Source of the DNA: a bacterium
Lineage (GTDB): Bacteria > Bacillota > Clostridia > Lachnospirales > Lachnospiraceae
DNA: 64,000 bases
NCBI GenBank assembly: GCA_963595255.1
Contig: CAVBHX010000003.1
Location: 20,944 to 84,943 of the forward strand
Direction of reading: 5' to 3'
In this document: positions 8,401 through 18,422 of the stretch, in pieces
Position numbering within the stretch: the stretch's first letter is position 1
Layout: each line of letters starts with the position of its first letter
Position numbers and translations under genes: made by a program
Notes under the pieces: model-generated
The model's database searches: none
The model's input: the letters and a program-made list of their open reading frames with translations, nothing else
Told to the model about the DNA's origin: nothing

Positions 8401-9840
8401 TTAGTATGATTTACCCCAGTAAGCCATGTGTTTCGCAGGTTTTCCGCAATAGATACATTTATCGGAAATGAACTCTTCATCTTCGATCAGACATCTTGTT
8501 GCAGCTCCGCCTGTCTGATATTTTACTTCGCCCTCACATTCCGGATCTCCACACCAGCATGCTTTTACGAATCCACGGTTGGCTTTGAACTTCTCAACCA
8601 TTTCATCCATTGTAGTAGCTGTATCAATGTGGCTGTTCAGGAATTCTTCTGCTCTGTTGTACATATCCTGCTGCTCCTGCTCTAAGATCTCGCGCAGTTT
8701 TACTGCGATCTCATCGAGAGATACAACGATCTTTTCACGGTTATCACGACGTACAACAACAACCTGGTTCTTCTCGATATCCTTTGGTCCGATCTCGATA
8801 CGTGTTGGGATACCAAGGATCTCCTGCTCAGAGAATTTCCATCCTGTACTCTTATCAGAGTCATCGATCTTCACTCTGTATCCTGCTTTTTTCAGTTCGT
8901 CAAGCAGTGCATAAGATCTGTCAAGCACGCCTTCTTTGTGCTGGGCGATTGGGATGATTCTACATTCAACCGGTGCTACGTGTGGTGGAAGTACCAGTCC
9001 GTCATCGTCACCGTGAACCATGATCAGCGCTCCGATACTTCTTGTTGACCATCCCCATGATGTCTCGTATGCACTCTGCAGTTCATTGTTCTTATCTACA
9101 TATTTGATTCCAAATGCATCCGGGAATCCTTTTCCGAAGAAATGGCTTGTTGCAGACTGAAGTGCTTTTCCGTCATGCATCAGTGCTTCGATTGTGTATG
9201 TGTCTTCAGCTCCTGCGAATTTCTCATGCTCTGCCTTTCTTCCTGCTACGAATGGAATCGCCATTGTCTCTCTGTAACAGTCTTTGTAAACTTCCCACAT
9301 CTGGATTGTTCTTTCTTCTGCTTCTTCATATGTTGCATGAAGTGTGTGGCCTTCCTGCCATAAGAATTCTCTTGAACGGAGGAACGGTCTTGTTGTCTTC
9401 TCCCAACGGAGAACGGAGTTCCACTGGTTCCATACCTTTGGAAGATCTCTGTATGATTTTACTGTTTTAGCCCAGAGGTCACAGAACAGTGTCTCTGATG
9501 TAGGGCGTACACATAATCTTTCCTGCAGTCTTTCCATTCCACCGTGTGTTACCCATGCAACTTCCGGTGCAAACCCTTCTACGTGATCTGCTTCTTTTTC
9601 CAGAAGTGATTCCGGAATCAGTACTGGCAGGTATACATTCTCAACTCCTGTTTCTTTGAAACGTCTGTCCAGATCTGCCTGGATCAGTTCCCAGATTGCA
9701 TAACCGTTCGGTAAGTAGTTCATGCATCCTTTTACGCTTGAATAATCACAAAGATTTGCCTCACGTACAACGTCTGTGTACCACTGTGCGAAATCTTCGT
9801 CACGAGATGTAATGTTTTTGACTAATTTTTCCTTTGCCAT
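8401..9840 (-). CDS. proS: proline--tRNA ligase (archaeal/eukaryote-like type)
   Basis: 479 aa class II aaRS with a ProRS C-terminal zinc-binding domain ending in ...WGKSY. Preceded by a T-box leader. Confidence 0.93.
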   Translation of the reverse strand: MAKEKLVKNITSRDEDFAQWYTDVVREANLCDYSSVKGCMNYLPNGYAIWELIQADLDRRFKETGVENVYLPVLIPESLLEKEADHVEGFAPEVAWVTHGGMERLQERLCVRPTSETLFCDLWAKTVKSYRDLPKVWNQWNSVLRWEKTTRPFLRSREFLWQEGHTLHATYEEAEERTIQMWEVYKDCYRETMAIPFVAGRKAEHEKFAGAEDTYTIEALMHDGKALQSATSHFFGKGFPDAFGIKYVDKNNELQSAYETSWGWSTRSIGALIMVHGDDDGLVLPPHVAPVECRIIPIAQHKEGVLDRSYALLDELKKAGYRVKIDDSDKSTGWKFSEQEILGIPTRIEIGPKDIEKNQVVVVRRDNREKIVVSLDEIAVKLREILEQEQQDMYNRAEEFLNSHIDTATTMDEMVEKFKANRGFVKACWCGDPECEGEVKYQTGGAATRCLIEDEEFISDKCIYCGKPAKHMAYWGKSY

Positions 9841-9954
9841 GTTTCTCTTCTCCTTTTCAATTTTGGTGGAATCCTTATTCCACGTTATTTTTTTGCCGGG
9901 AGTATCATAGCCTTACAATCGTTTTTGTATGGTCAGTCTCTTTCGAACACATGA

Positions 9955-10195
9955 CACAAAAAACGCCGGGCCTTTCGACTCCCCGTAAAAGGGACCGAAA
10001 AGCTCGGCGGTACCACCCTAGTTAACTGCGACCCTTTCGCAGCTCTCTTCATTGGCCGTTAACGCCGGCTGACACGCTGCACTTTCATGCAGTGGCTCCA
10101 GGACCGGTTCCATGTGATGAACAGCAGATATCTCACACCATATGATATCCTCTCTGTGGCTGGATTCTCATGTACTAATTCCCTTCATTGCCATA
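9955..10195 (-). promoter_or_regulatory. T-box riboswitch leader of proS (Pro specifier likely)
   Basis: The minus strand shows an AGAGA box, a GGUGUGAGA distal-loop motif and GAACCGGUCCUGG containing the CCG/CCU Pro codons. The T-box core UAGGGUGGUACCGCCGAG is followed by a terminator ending in UUUUUU. Promoter TTGACA-17-TAAAAT lies at about 10256..10228. Confidence 0.85.
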
Positions 10196-10274
10196 AAAGC
10201 ATATTTAAAAATGTTGAATTGTCAATTATTTTAATCCATGAAATATGTTTTGTCAAGAAAGCACCTGATTATTT

Positions 10275-11102
10275 TCACACAGAAAGCACTTGATCATTTT
10301 CACACGGTCTTACTGACATATCAAAATTCAGCAATGTTACCGAAGCCACCCGGTCCACATACAATGCATAGATATCGCTGTCCTTTTCCAGGCTTTCCAT
10401 ATCCACAATCTGCTCGCTTTTCAACCGGTACGGCTGACCATAATCCCGTTTCTCCGGCTTCATAAAATAGAAATAATTCTGCCAGCTTAATACCGTTTTG
10501 CGTTCTGGATACGGAAATGGCAGTCCAGCCGGCACATTGATATTCCATGCATCTGCTCTCGCCGCCTGTTTCTCACCTGGATTACTTTTTCCGGGCATTC
10601 CTTCCTCCAGGACCTGACGGATATACCGCTCCAGGATGCTTTGCGCCGCACTCCAGTCCATCTCCCCGAAGTCTTCGGAATGCTGTCTGGAAAGATCCGC
10701 TTCGACAGATACGGCTATTCCCGGGATTCCATGACTGGACGCCTCAAAAAGCGCACCCAGCGTCCCGCTGCAAGTCAGACAGGTCCCAAGATTTTCACCG
10801 TAATTGATCCCGCTTACACAGAGATCCGGTTTCCTGTCCGCGAGTTCCAGCACACCATGCGCCACTGCACGTGCCGGACTTCCATGCACCGCATATGCCA
10901 GCATTCTTCCCGGCACTTTCTCTATGATCCCGTCATCCGGGCATATAGGAAAAGAGCGCCCCATCCCAGTCTGTTGGGTATGAGGCGCTGCAATTAACAC
11001 ATCTCCTGTCTTCGCAGCAACTTGCGCCGCCGCATATAAGCCCGGACTATGAATCCCATCATCATTTGTAACTAAAATGAGTGGTCTGTTCTTCATAATC
11101 AC
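10275..11102 (-). CDS. surE: 5'/3'-nucleotidase SurE
   Basis: 275 aa. N-terminal signature ILVTNDDGIHSPGL. Confidence 0.9.
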   Translation of the reverse strand: MIMKNRPLILVTNDDGIHSPGLYAAAQVAAKTGDVLIAAPHTQQTGMGRSFPICPDDGIIEKVPGRMLAYAVHGSPARAVAHGVLELADRKPDLCVSGINYGENLGTCLTCSGTLGALFEASSHGIPGIAVSVEADLSRQHSEDFGEMDWSAAQSILERYIRQVLEEGMPGKSNPGEKQAARADAWNINVPAGLPFPYPERKTVLSWQNYFYFMKPEKRDYGQPYRLKSEQIVDMESLEKDSDIYALYVDRVASVTLLNFDMSVRPCENDQVLSV

Positions 11103-11124
11103 CTATATCCTTCTGAATTCCATA

Positions 11125-12555
11125 CTATTCAAATAATTCGTATGTCTTCTTCAACACTTCATCTGTGTGTACAGTAATATCTTTATAGATTGGAATCATC
11201 TTCTTATACAGTTCTACATTTTCCGGATTTGGTACAAATGTATCCTGGATCTTAACCATTCCTTCTACTGCTTCTTCGAAGCTTCCATACACACCTGTTG
11301 CAACTGCCGCACAGATTGCAGAACCAAGTCCTGCTGCTCCGTTTACTACATTTCTTACTGCCGGAAGGTTGAATACATCAGCAAAGATCTGCATGAACAG
11401 GTCGCTGTTAGATCCACCGCCTGTGATGATGATCTTATCCAGAGTCACACCAACTTCATTGACCATGTCTTCTGTATGTCCCTTAATCGTCATTGCAACA
11501 GCTTCCAGAATAGAACGGTAAATGTGTCCTCTGGTATGTCTTCCGTCGAATCCGATCATGATACCTTTCTTATAGCGGGCATCTACAGGTGCCAGCCAGT
11601 CAAGAGCTGTCATCAGTCCGTCACTTCCTGCTGGAACTTTTTCAGCTTCCTCGCTCAGAAGTTCTTCTGCGGACATTCCTTTTTCTTTTGCCATCTGAAT
11701 GTAGCTGTCACCTAATACATCTCTGAACCAGCTTACTGTCCACATACCTCTGCGGATTCCGTTGCTGTCATAGAAATATTTATTCGGTACACAAGAGAAT
11801 TTCGGCCATGCATAAGAAGTGCCTTTTAAGTTCTCTTTTCCTTCCATCATAGCGGTTGTGTAGGTTCCAAGTGAGATGCATGCTGTCTTATCGCCCATAC
11901 ATCCGGTTCCGAGACCTTCAACGGCTTTATCGTTCGATGTTGCAACAACCGGAACTCCCTGTGGAAGACCTGTTGCCTTGGCAGCCTCTTCTGTTACATA
12001 TCCAAGTACATCTCCAGGCATTACCAGATCGAACAGCATCTCTCTTGGCATTCCTGTTGCCTTGTATGCTTCCGGATCATCTGACCACCGCCATTTATCT
12101 ACATCTACAGGCCATCCATATTCATAGTTGGCAACTGTATCTTTGCGTTCTCCGGTTAATCTGTGTGTGATATATCCGGAAGAAGCTACGATATATTTTA
12201 CATCTGGATTCACATGCTCATATGGCTGTGATACACGGATATCCATCCAGCTCAGTGCCGGCTGTGCAAGTGTTCCGTCTTCTTTCAGATATGCTCTGCA
12301 GCAACGGATCGTGCAAAGTCCGATTCCCAGGATATCCTTTGGATCTCCTTCGAATTTGTCCATACACTTTTTGGACGCTTTGCAGATTGCATCCCACCAG
12401 TCATCGTCCGGATGTTCTACATATCCCGGCTTTGGAAGATCATATGGGCGGAGCGGCTCTCTTGCCTCACATACAATATTTCCGACTGTATCAAAGATCG
12501 TGATCTTTGCGCTCTGTGATCCTTCATCAATACCCATCAAATATTTTTTACTCAT
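11125..12555 (-). CDS. FGGY-family carbohydrate/polyol kinase (substrate unknown)
   Basis: 476 aa. N-terminal YLMGIDEGSQSAK (actin-like ATPase phosphate-1 motif) and C-terminal GGGSNSDLFMQIFADVF, typical of FGGY kinases. Confidence 0.85.
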   Translation of the reverse strand: MSKKYLMGIDEGSQSAKITIFDTVGNIVCEAREPLRPYDLPKPGYVEHPDDDWWDAICKASKKCMDKFEGDPKDILGIGLCTIRCCRAYLKEDGTLAQPALSWMDIRVSQPYEHVNPDVKYIVASSGYITHRLTGERKDTVANYEYGWPVDVDKWRWSDDPEAYKATGMPREMLFDLVMPGDVLGYVTEEAAKATGLPQGVPVVATSNDKAVEGLGTGCMGDKTACISLGTYTTAMMEGKENLKGTSYAWPKFSCVPNKYFYDSNGIRRGMWTVSWFRDVLGDSYIQMAKEKGMSAEELLSEEAEKVPAGSDGLMTALDWLAPVDARYKKGIMIGFDGRHTRGHIYRSILEAVAMTIKGHTEDMVNEVGVTLDKIIITGGGSNSDLFMQIFADVFNLPAVRNVVNGAAGLGSAICAAVATGVYGSFEEAVEGMVKIQDTFVPNPENVELYKKMIPIYKDITVHTDEVLKKTYELFE

Positions 12556-12594
12556 TGTTATCTACTCCTGTCTTACTCTGAAGTTACTGTCTGA

Positions 12595-13383
12595 TTATCT
12601 TACCAGATATCCTCCGTCTACTACCAGCAATGTTCCGTTTACATAATCTGCTGCTTTACTTGCAAGGAATACCATTGCTCCCATAAGATCCTGTCTTTCT
12701 CCCCAACGGTCTGCCGGAATGTGCTCTTTGATCTTAACGTATTTCGGATCGTCTTCATTTCCACTTCCTGTTCCGGCTGTCATAGCTGTCTGGAAGTATC
12801 CAGGAGCGATACCATTTACCGTGATACCATATTTTCCAAGTTCATCTGCATATGCTTTTGTAAGTCCCATAAGACCAGCTTTCATAGCTGCGTATGCAGG
12901 AGATCCAAGTCCTCCAAGGAATGAGAACAGTGAGCAGATGTTAATGATTCTTCCGCTCTTCTGAGGGATCATGTATTTAGCAACTGCGTGGCTTAAGTCA
13001 AATGCGCCTGTCAGGTTGATTGCGATCATTGGATCCCATTCAGCTCTTCCGAAATCAAGAACATCAGCGATCTTGCAAATACCTGCACAGTTTACAAGGA
13101 TATCGATGCTTCCGTATGTCTCTACACACTTCTCAGCAACTTTGTCGCACATACCATCTTCTGTCAGGTCGCCCTGCATGAATGTATATTTCACTCCGCA
13201 GTCTTCGATTAATTTCTTTGTTGTTCCGTCGTCATCTACATAAGCAAATGTGAAGATGTTTGCTCCTGCTTTTGCAAGTGCCAGTGCAAATGCCTGTCCG
13301 AGTCCACTGTTTCCACCTGTAACAATTGCGTTTTTTCCCTTTAAAGAAAAGAAATCCATTGAAAAATCATTAATATTTAACAT
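12595..13383 (-). CDS. SDR family oxidoreductase (KduD / gluconate 5-dehydrogenase-like)
   Basis: 262 aa. TGGNSGLG cofactor motif, YAAMKAG (YxxxK) catalytic motif and KduD-like N-terminus FSLKGKNAIVTG. Confidence 0.88.
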   Translation of the reverse strand: MLNINDFSMDFFSLKGKNAIVTGGNSGLGQAFALALAKAGANIFTFAYVDDDGTTKKLIEDCGVKYTFMQGDLTEDGMCDKVAEKCVETYGSIDILVNCAGICKIADVLDFGRAEWDPMIAINLTGAFDLSHAVAKYMIPQKSGRIINICSLFSFLGGLGSPAYAAMKAGLMGLTKAYADELGKYGITVNGIAPGYFQTAMTAGTGSGNEDDPKYVKIKEHIPADRWGERQDLMGAMVFLASKAADYVNGTLLVVDGGYLVR

Positions 13384-13459
13384 TATTTTTTACCTCCATT
13401 TTGTCCCAACATTTGTTTTTGCTAAAACGAATTCCTTCATCTGCGCACAATGAAGAAAC

Positions 13460-13568
13460 AAAAAAGAGAGAGTCCCTTCCACCCACACTTTATGTAGATA
13501 AAAGTTACTCTCTCTTTCGCTCTTTTAGTAACTGTCTATATTGTAAATCCAACATCCAAATATGTCAA
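13460..13568 (-). promoter_or_regulatory. promoter plus conserved leader/attenuator L3 (upstream of SDR-kinase-surE)
   Basis: Minus strand: TTGACA(13568..13563)-17 nt-TACAAT(13545..13540). This is followed by CAGTTAC TAAAAGAG CGAA AGAGAGAGTAAC and a hairpin AAAGAGAGAGT...ACTCTCTCTTT plus a U-run (A-run 13460..13465 on the plus strand). Confidence 0.6.
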
Positions 13569-13602
13569 TATCGTGATAATACCAAAAGAACCCGCTTGTT
13601 TT

Positions 13603-13884
13603 TTATGTACTTTGCACAATTCTAAGTTCATTATTCAATACAGGTGTAAAACGTTTCGTCTGAAATTTGCTTGTAAATAATTCACATTTGCACAGGAACA
13701 GATAGAAAACATTCCTTCCGCTTCCATGCAATGTCTCAAAATTCCCCTGACCTTTTGCAATACACAGATCCGCTTCATCGATCAGATATCTCACTTCCGG
13801 ATTGATCTCATCGATCGGTGTTCCCGGTACATCTGTTCCATTCGGCATTACATTTACACTTTGTTCCTGCAGCATGCCAGGCAT
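13603..13884 (-). pseudogene. C-terminal remnant of a DUF89/ARMT1-type damage-control phosphatase
   Basis: The 93 aa ORF contains the C-terminal DUF89 motif KGQGNFETL. About 190 aa of the N-terminal domain are absent, and the upstream space is occupied by glpP (stop at 13921). Confidence 0.55.
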
Positions 13885-13920
13885 ACTGTATCCGCATTCA
13901 TCTTTTCACCTTCTTTATCT

Positions 13921-14499
13921 CTAACAATCCCACACTCTGCGGTTCGACGTTGCAACTGCAATTGCACCTGCTTTTAATGCACCCATTACATCGTCTTTAT
14001 CCTGTGTCAGACCACTTGCCACTACCGGTCTGTCAATCTTTTCTATCAGAAAACTCATAACCTTTGAAAGGCCTGCCGGAAGAAACTCTACAATGTCCGG
14101 ATTGCAGTTCTTGATATGTTTTTCAATATTCGCATACGTAAAACGGTCCATCAGATAAAATCTCTGGATCGTAAACAATCCGACGTCATTTGCCCGTTTG
14201 ATCATTGCCGGTTTCATGCTGATGATTCCATCGGCTTTTGTATATTTCTTCAGGAAATCCACACTGATCTCCTTTGAGGAGAGTCCGACGATCAGATCCA
14301 TATGTACGATCGCCATCTTTCCTGCTGCTTTTACTTTCTCTACAATCTCCGGAATGGTGCAGATATCTCCATAAACAATATATACAATCTCGCAGTCTGA
14401 TTCCGGAAGCGCCTCCAGCCATTCATCATTGATGATCTCCGGAATTACCGGACAGTTCTCTGTTGCTTCCATAAAAAAGTCCTTTGTCAAAGGTTCCAT
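13921..14499 (-). CDS. glpP: GlpP-family (glycerol-3-phosphate responsive type) RNA-binding antiterminator
   Basis: 192 aa. The pattern VHMDLIVGLS...ADGIISMKP..IKRA...GL.TIQRFYL.D......NI.......PD.VEFLPG matches the G3P antiterminator family. Confidence 0.75.
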   Translation of the reverse strand: MEPLTKDFFMEATENCPVIPEIINDEWLEALPESDCEIVYIVYGDICTIPEIVEKVKAAGKMAIVHMDLIVGLSSKEISVDFLKKYTKADGIISMKPAMIKRANDVGLFTIQRFYLMDRFTYANIEKHIKNCNPDIVEFLPAGLSKVMSFLIEKIDRPVVASGLTQDKDDVMGALKAGAIAVATSNRRVWDC

Positions 14500-14502
14500 C
14501 TT

Positions 14503-16104
14503 CTATTCCTCCTTCACAGGCAGACGCGGACTCTCTATAGGCCTTCCATTGCTGTCATAGTCTTCTTTATGCACATCATACTTCTGCGGATTCTTCGCAA
14601 TCTTCAACAGTCCTATGATCATCAAAATCATAATGAACATATTCGGGAATCCTCCCAGGTTCGATGCTGCTTTAATACCATCAATTCCTGCAAAGCTGAT
14701 CAGTATCCATGTTACAACGCCAACTGTGATTCCCCATACGATCTTTAGCCATGGCGCTGCTTCCTGTTCTTCCTGTGTAATACCATATGTGCAAAGTCCT
14801 GCCATCGCATTCGTGTTTGAATCCGAAGCTGTAACAAATGAAATAAATACAATAAACAAGTAAAACGGAATAACAATTACTGCTAATGGAAGCTGTTCAA
14901 ATACTTTATATACAACCGCTTCTGTCCCTTTGTTCAATAGAGTATCATACATTCCGACTCCGTTCAACTCATAATAAATTGTTGCGGTAGAGAACAGTCC
15001 CATCCAGATTGTACTGAAGATGGCCGGAATAACGAAGTTGCATTTGATTGCATCTTTAATCGTATATCCTTTTAAGATCTTTCCAAGGAACACTGCCGTT
15101 ACCGGTGTCCATGAAAGCCAGTTACACCAATAGAAGATCGGCCAGCTTCTTGCCCATGTATCTCCGAATACATCACCGGACATCAGACTCATCGGAAGGA
15201 AGTCCCTGACATATGCACCCCATGATTCTACTGACATATTTAACATATAAGCTGTCGGTCCGAATACCAGAAGAAATGCAAATAATACCATGTATACTTT
15301 TGCATTGATAGATGAAAGAAGTTTGATTCCTTTCATAACACCGGATACACTGGAAATAATGAATGTTGTAACGATTACAACAATAACAATTCCCCACATA
15401 ACCGCACCGCTCTTTATACCGGTAAGATTCTGGATTCCGCCTGCAATTGTGAGTGTTCCGGTTCCAAGTGACGCTGACATACCTGCCACCAGTGTCACCA
15501 GACAAATCACATCGACGACTCCATTATACTTCTTGATTCTGTTACCCAATGCAGGTACCAGTGCAGATCCCATAGAATAGGACTGTTTCATATTATAGAA
15601 TACAAATGCAAATACCAGTGTTGCTACTGTATAGATTGCATATGGTGACCATGTCCATTCCAGGAACATCGTCTTCATAGCAAATATCGCTGCTCCAGGA
15701 GAAGCTGCCTTTACACCTTCAGATGCCGGTGGTGCGTACAGATGATATAACGGCTCTGCACACGCCCAGAACAAGATTCCGGCTGCGATCGTTGTACAAA
15801 GTGTGATCCATACCAGATCCAGGAATTTCATCTTTGGATGTGCTTTGCTGCCGCCAATTCTTACTTTTCCAAGCGGCGAAAAATATACAATAATTACGGT
15901 AATCACACACATAACCGTAACAATATTAAACGCCCATGAAAAATTCTTTAAAATCCAGCCTGTAACCGCATTCAAACCCGCCAGGAATGCATCTCCGTTC
16001 ACAAGGCTGACTACTACCATTGCGATCAATAATAACCACGGTGGGAAGAATACTGCTTTTCTTAATTTTAACTCTACATTCTTTTCTTTTACTGCTGCTG
16101 TCAT
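14503..16104 (-). CDS. BCCT family transporter (betaine/carnitine/choline-type)
   Basis: 533 aa with about 12 TM helices. FSPLGKVRIGG...AAGILFWACAEPLYHLYAPP and WPIFYWCNWLSWTPVTAVFLGKI resemble the BCCT signature regions. Confidence 0.85.
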   Translation of the reverse strand: MTAAVKEKNVELKLRKAVFFPPWLLLIAMVVVSLVNGDAFLAGLNAVTGWILKNFSWAFNIVTVMCVITVIIVYFSPLGKVRIGGSKAHPKMKFLDLVWITLCTTIAAGILFWACAEPLYHLYAPPASEGVKAASPGAAIFAMKTMFLEWTWSPYAIYTVATLVFAFVFYNMKQSYSMGSALVPALGNRIKKYNGVVDVICLVTLVAGMSASLGTGTLTIAGGIQNLTGIKSGAVMWGIVIVVIVTTFIISSVSGVMKGIKLLSSINAKVYMVLFAFLLVFGPTAYMLNMSVESWGAYVRDFLPMSLMSGDVFGDTWARSWPIFYWCNWLSWTPVTAVFLGKILKGYTIKDAIKCNFVIPAIFSTIWMGLFSTATIYYELNGVGMYDTLLNKGTEAVVYKVFEQLPLAVIVIPFYLFIVFISFVTASDSNTNAMAGLCTYGITQEEQEAAPWLKIVWGITVGVVTWILISFAGIDGIKAASNLGGFPNMFIMILMIIGLLKIAKNPQKYDVHKEDYDSNGRPIESPRLPVKEE

Positions 16105-16625
16105 AACTTTTCTCCTCTCTCTATCGTTATGTGCACTATCTTGGAACCAACTTCTCTCAGTATCTGTTCCAGTTCCTGTTCCTCCTTTTCTTTCATGATT
16201 CTTTTCGGAATTGTGAATACTTCCCGGTTCACTCTTAATACATAAATGTTCCCGGAAATATATGCTTCCGTATTTTTATCCGTCATCTCAACGGATTGAT
16301 TCTTATCTCCGTACTGGATTTTATCTTTTTGTATCCTGACATTATAGCTTCCCTTTTCCCATGCAATCTTTTTTGCTCTCCGTTTCCTGCTGAATGCAGG
16401 TACATAGATGATATACAAAAGCAGCAGAACCATAACACCCAGTAACACGATCCAGAAGAATTGCTGTGTATCGCGCATATATGCAATCAATGCGCCCACA
16501 CCGATCAGACTGATCACGCCTACATTTATATCTCTGAACTTCCCCTCTTTTTTGTAATCCAGACACAAAAGTGCCTCCTCTATCTCAGCCCTGGTAAGTT
16601 GATATTGAAACTTCAGTGCTCTCAT
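16101..16625 (-). CDS. YcxB-like membrane protein
   Basis: 174 aa. Two central TM helices and a C-terminal bPH-like region. Start and stop overlap the flanking genes, consistent with translational coupling. Confidence 0.6.
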   Translation of the reverse strand: MRALKFQYQLTRAEIEEALLCLDYKKEGKFRDINVGVISLIGVGALIAYMRDTQQFFWIVLLGVMVLLLLYIIYVPAFSRKRRAKKIAWEKGSYNVRIQKDKIQYGDKNQSVEMTDKNTEAYISGNIYVLRVNREVFTIPKRIMKEKEEQELEQILREVGSKIVHITIERGEKL

Positions 16626-17614
16626 CTCCTCTCTTTTATGATCCTGATCAATTCCGGTACGATTTCGTACAGATCTCCGACTATCGGATAATGTGCGATC
16701 TCGAATATCCTCGCCTCCGGATCTTCATTGATCGCAATAATATTTTTTGTGTTCTTCATACCCGCCATGAACTGTACTGTTCCCGATACGCCGCAGGTAA
16801 TCATATAATCCGGACTCACGGTATTACCTGATAGGCCAATCTGTTCTTTCGGCAACATCCAACCTTTTTCGACAAGCGCGCGGCTGGATGCAAGCTTTCC
16901 GCCTAAAAGGCCTGCCAGTTCCCGTAACATTTCCAGATCTTCTTTTTTCTTCACACCGCGCCCGGCAACTACCAGTATCTTCTCTTCTGTAATCCCTTTT
17001 TCTGTTTTCTCTGCCTTCGACGATATGATTTCTATTCCTTTACTTTCTTTATCTATTTTTTTGTTTACATATTCTGTGACGTTCTGGTCATTCTTATCCA
17101 CCTTCTGCATAACTCCTGGTCTTACCGTTGCAAACTGTGGTCTGCCAAACTGTGTCACAATATCCGCCATAATATTTCCGCCAAATGCCGGTCTCGACTG
17201 GACAAGATTGCCTTCTTCATTGATTGCAAGTCCCGTACAATCCGCCGTAAGACCGGTCTGGAATCTGACTGCCAGTCCCGGTGCCAGCGATCTGCCTTCG
17301 TATGTGCCGCCTACCAGCACGATGGATGGCTTAAGTTCTTCTATGCATTCCGCCATAATCCGCGTATATAACGGTGATTCATATTCATCTTCTGATTCAT
17401 ACAGATATGCTTTTTCAACCGGATAGCCTTTCAACGCTTCCCGGATTCTATCCATATCTTTTCCGATTCCTGCCACATAGACCGGATCTTTTGACACTTC
17501 AGACAACCTGACCGCTTCCCCGATCAGTTCTTCACTTGCTGCATGAAGTTCTCCTTTATAGCATTCCAGATATACCAGGATTCCGGACCATTCTTTTTTA
17601 TCTGCTTCTATCAT
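16622..17614 (-). CDS. etfA: electron transfer flavoprotein alpha subunit (module 2)
   Basis: 330 aa. C-terminal FAD-binding region VVAGRGV...SRALVE.GW....QIG.SG..V.P.Y.I.CG.SG..QF..G. Confidence 0.9.
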   Translation of the reverse strand: MIEADKKEWSGILVYLECYKGELHAASEELIGEAVRLSEVSKDPVYVAGIGKDMDRIREALKGYPVEKAYLYESEDEYESPLYTRIMAECIEELKPSIVLVGGTYEGRSLAPGLAVRFQTGLTADCTGLAINEEGNLVQSRPAFGGNIMADIVTQFGRPQFATVRPGVMQKVDKNDQNVTEYVNKKIDKESKGIEIISSKAEKTEKGITEEKILVVAGRGVKKKEDLEMLRELAGLLGGKLASSRALVEKGWMLPKEQIGLSGNTVSPDYMITCGVSGTVQFMAGMKNTKNIIAINEDPEARIFEIAHYPIVGDLYEIVPELIRIIKERR

Positions 17615-18408
17615 CGTCCATCCTCCTTCAGTAATTCATTCAGAACTTCCGCAATATACCGCGCAGCCTCATTCTTTTCCATACACAAGAGTTCCTGTTT
17701 GCTGGTCCGCTCCGGAGGATAGATCTTCTTTACTCTTGTCGCAGATCCCTTCAGTCCATAATGTTCCGGATCCTGATCTTCCAGATCTCCCATGGAGATC
17801 CGATGGATTTCTTTTTTTCTTCCGCTGATCTTTAACTTAAGAGATGGCATTCTCGGCGGGAATCCGTCACGTTCTACGGACATAAGACACGGAAGTGTTA
17901 CTTTCGCCGTCACTGTTCTGTGTTCCATACAATACTCAACCCCTAACGTATGCTCATCCAGAACATCTATTCCGGTCACCCAGTTCAGTCTCGGTATCTG
18001 CATCCATTCCGCAATCGCACCGCTTACCTGAGCGGTATCGCCATCTGTTGTCTGTCTTCCGCATAAAATCATATCATAATCATCTGCCGACTGTATCGCC
18101 TGCTTCAGTGTATAAGACGTTGCAAGCACGTCCGCTCCGGCAAATGCTTTGTCGCAGATCAGATATCCTTCATCTGCTCCCATTGCAAATGCTTCACGAA
18201 GGACCATCTCTGCTTTATCGGGTCCCATTGTAAATACATGCACTTCCCCGCCACATTGTTCTCTGATACGGAGTGCCGCTTCCAATGCCGCAAGATCATA
18301 TACATTTACAATTGCCTGCAGACCCGAACGATTCATTACACCGGTCTTTTTATCCATATCTCCCTGCGAAGTTGCCGGGACCTGTTTCATACATACCGCA
18401 ATTTTCAT
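17611..18408 (-). CDS. etfB: electron transfer flavoprotein beta subunit (module 2)
   Basis: MKIAVCMKQVP start. The ATG at 18408 avoids overlap with the upstream stop at 18423, while the ORF track extends to 18489. Contains CGRQTTDGDTAQVSG. Confidence 0.9.
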   Translation of the reverse strand: MKIAVCMKQVPATSQGDMDKKTGVMNRSGLQAIVNVYDLAALEAALRIREQCGGEVHVFTMGPDKAEMVLREAFAMGADEGYLICDKAFAGADVLATSYTLKQAIQSADDYDMILCGRQTTDGDTAQVSGAIAEWMQIPRLNWVTGIDVLDEHTLGVEYCMEHRTVTAKVTLPCLMSVERDGFPPRMPSLKLKISGRKKEIHRISMGDLEDQDPEHYGLKGSATRVKKIYPPERTSKQELLCMEKNEAARYIAEVLNELLKEDGR

Positions 18409-18422
18409 ACACATTCTACTTC

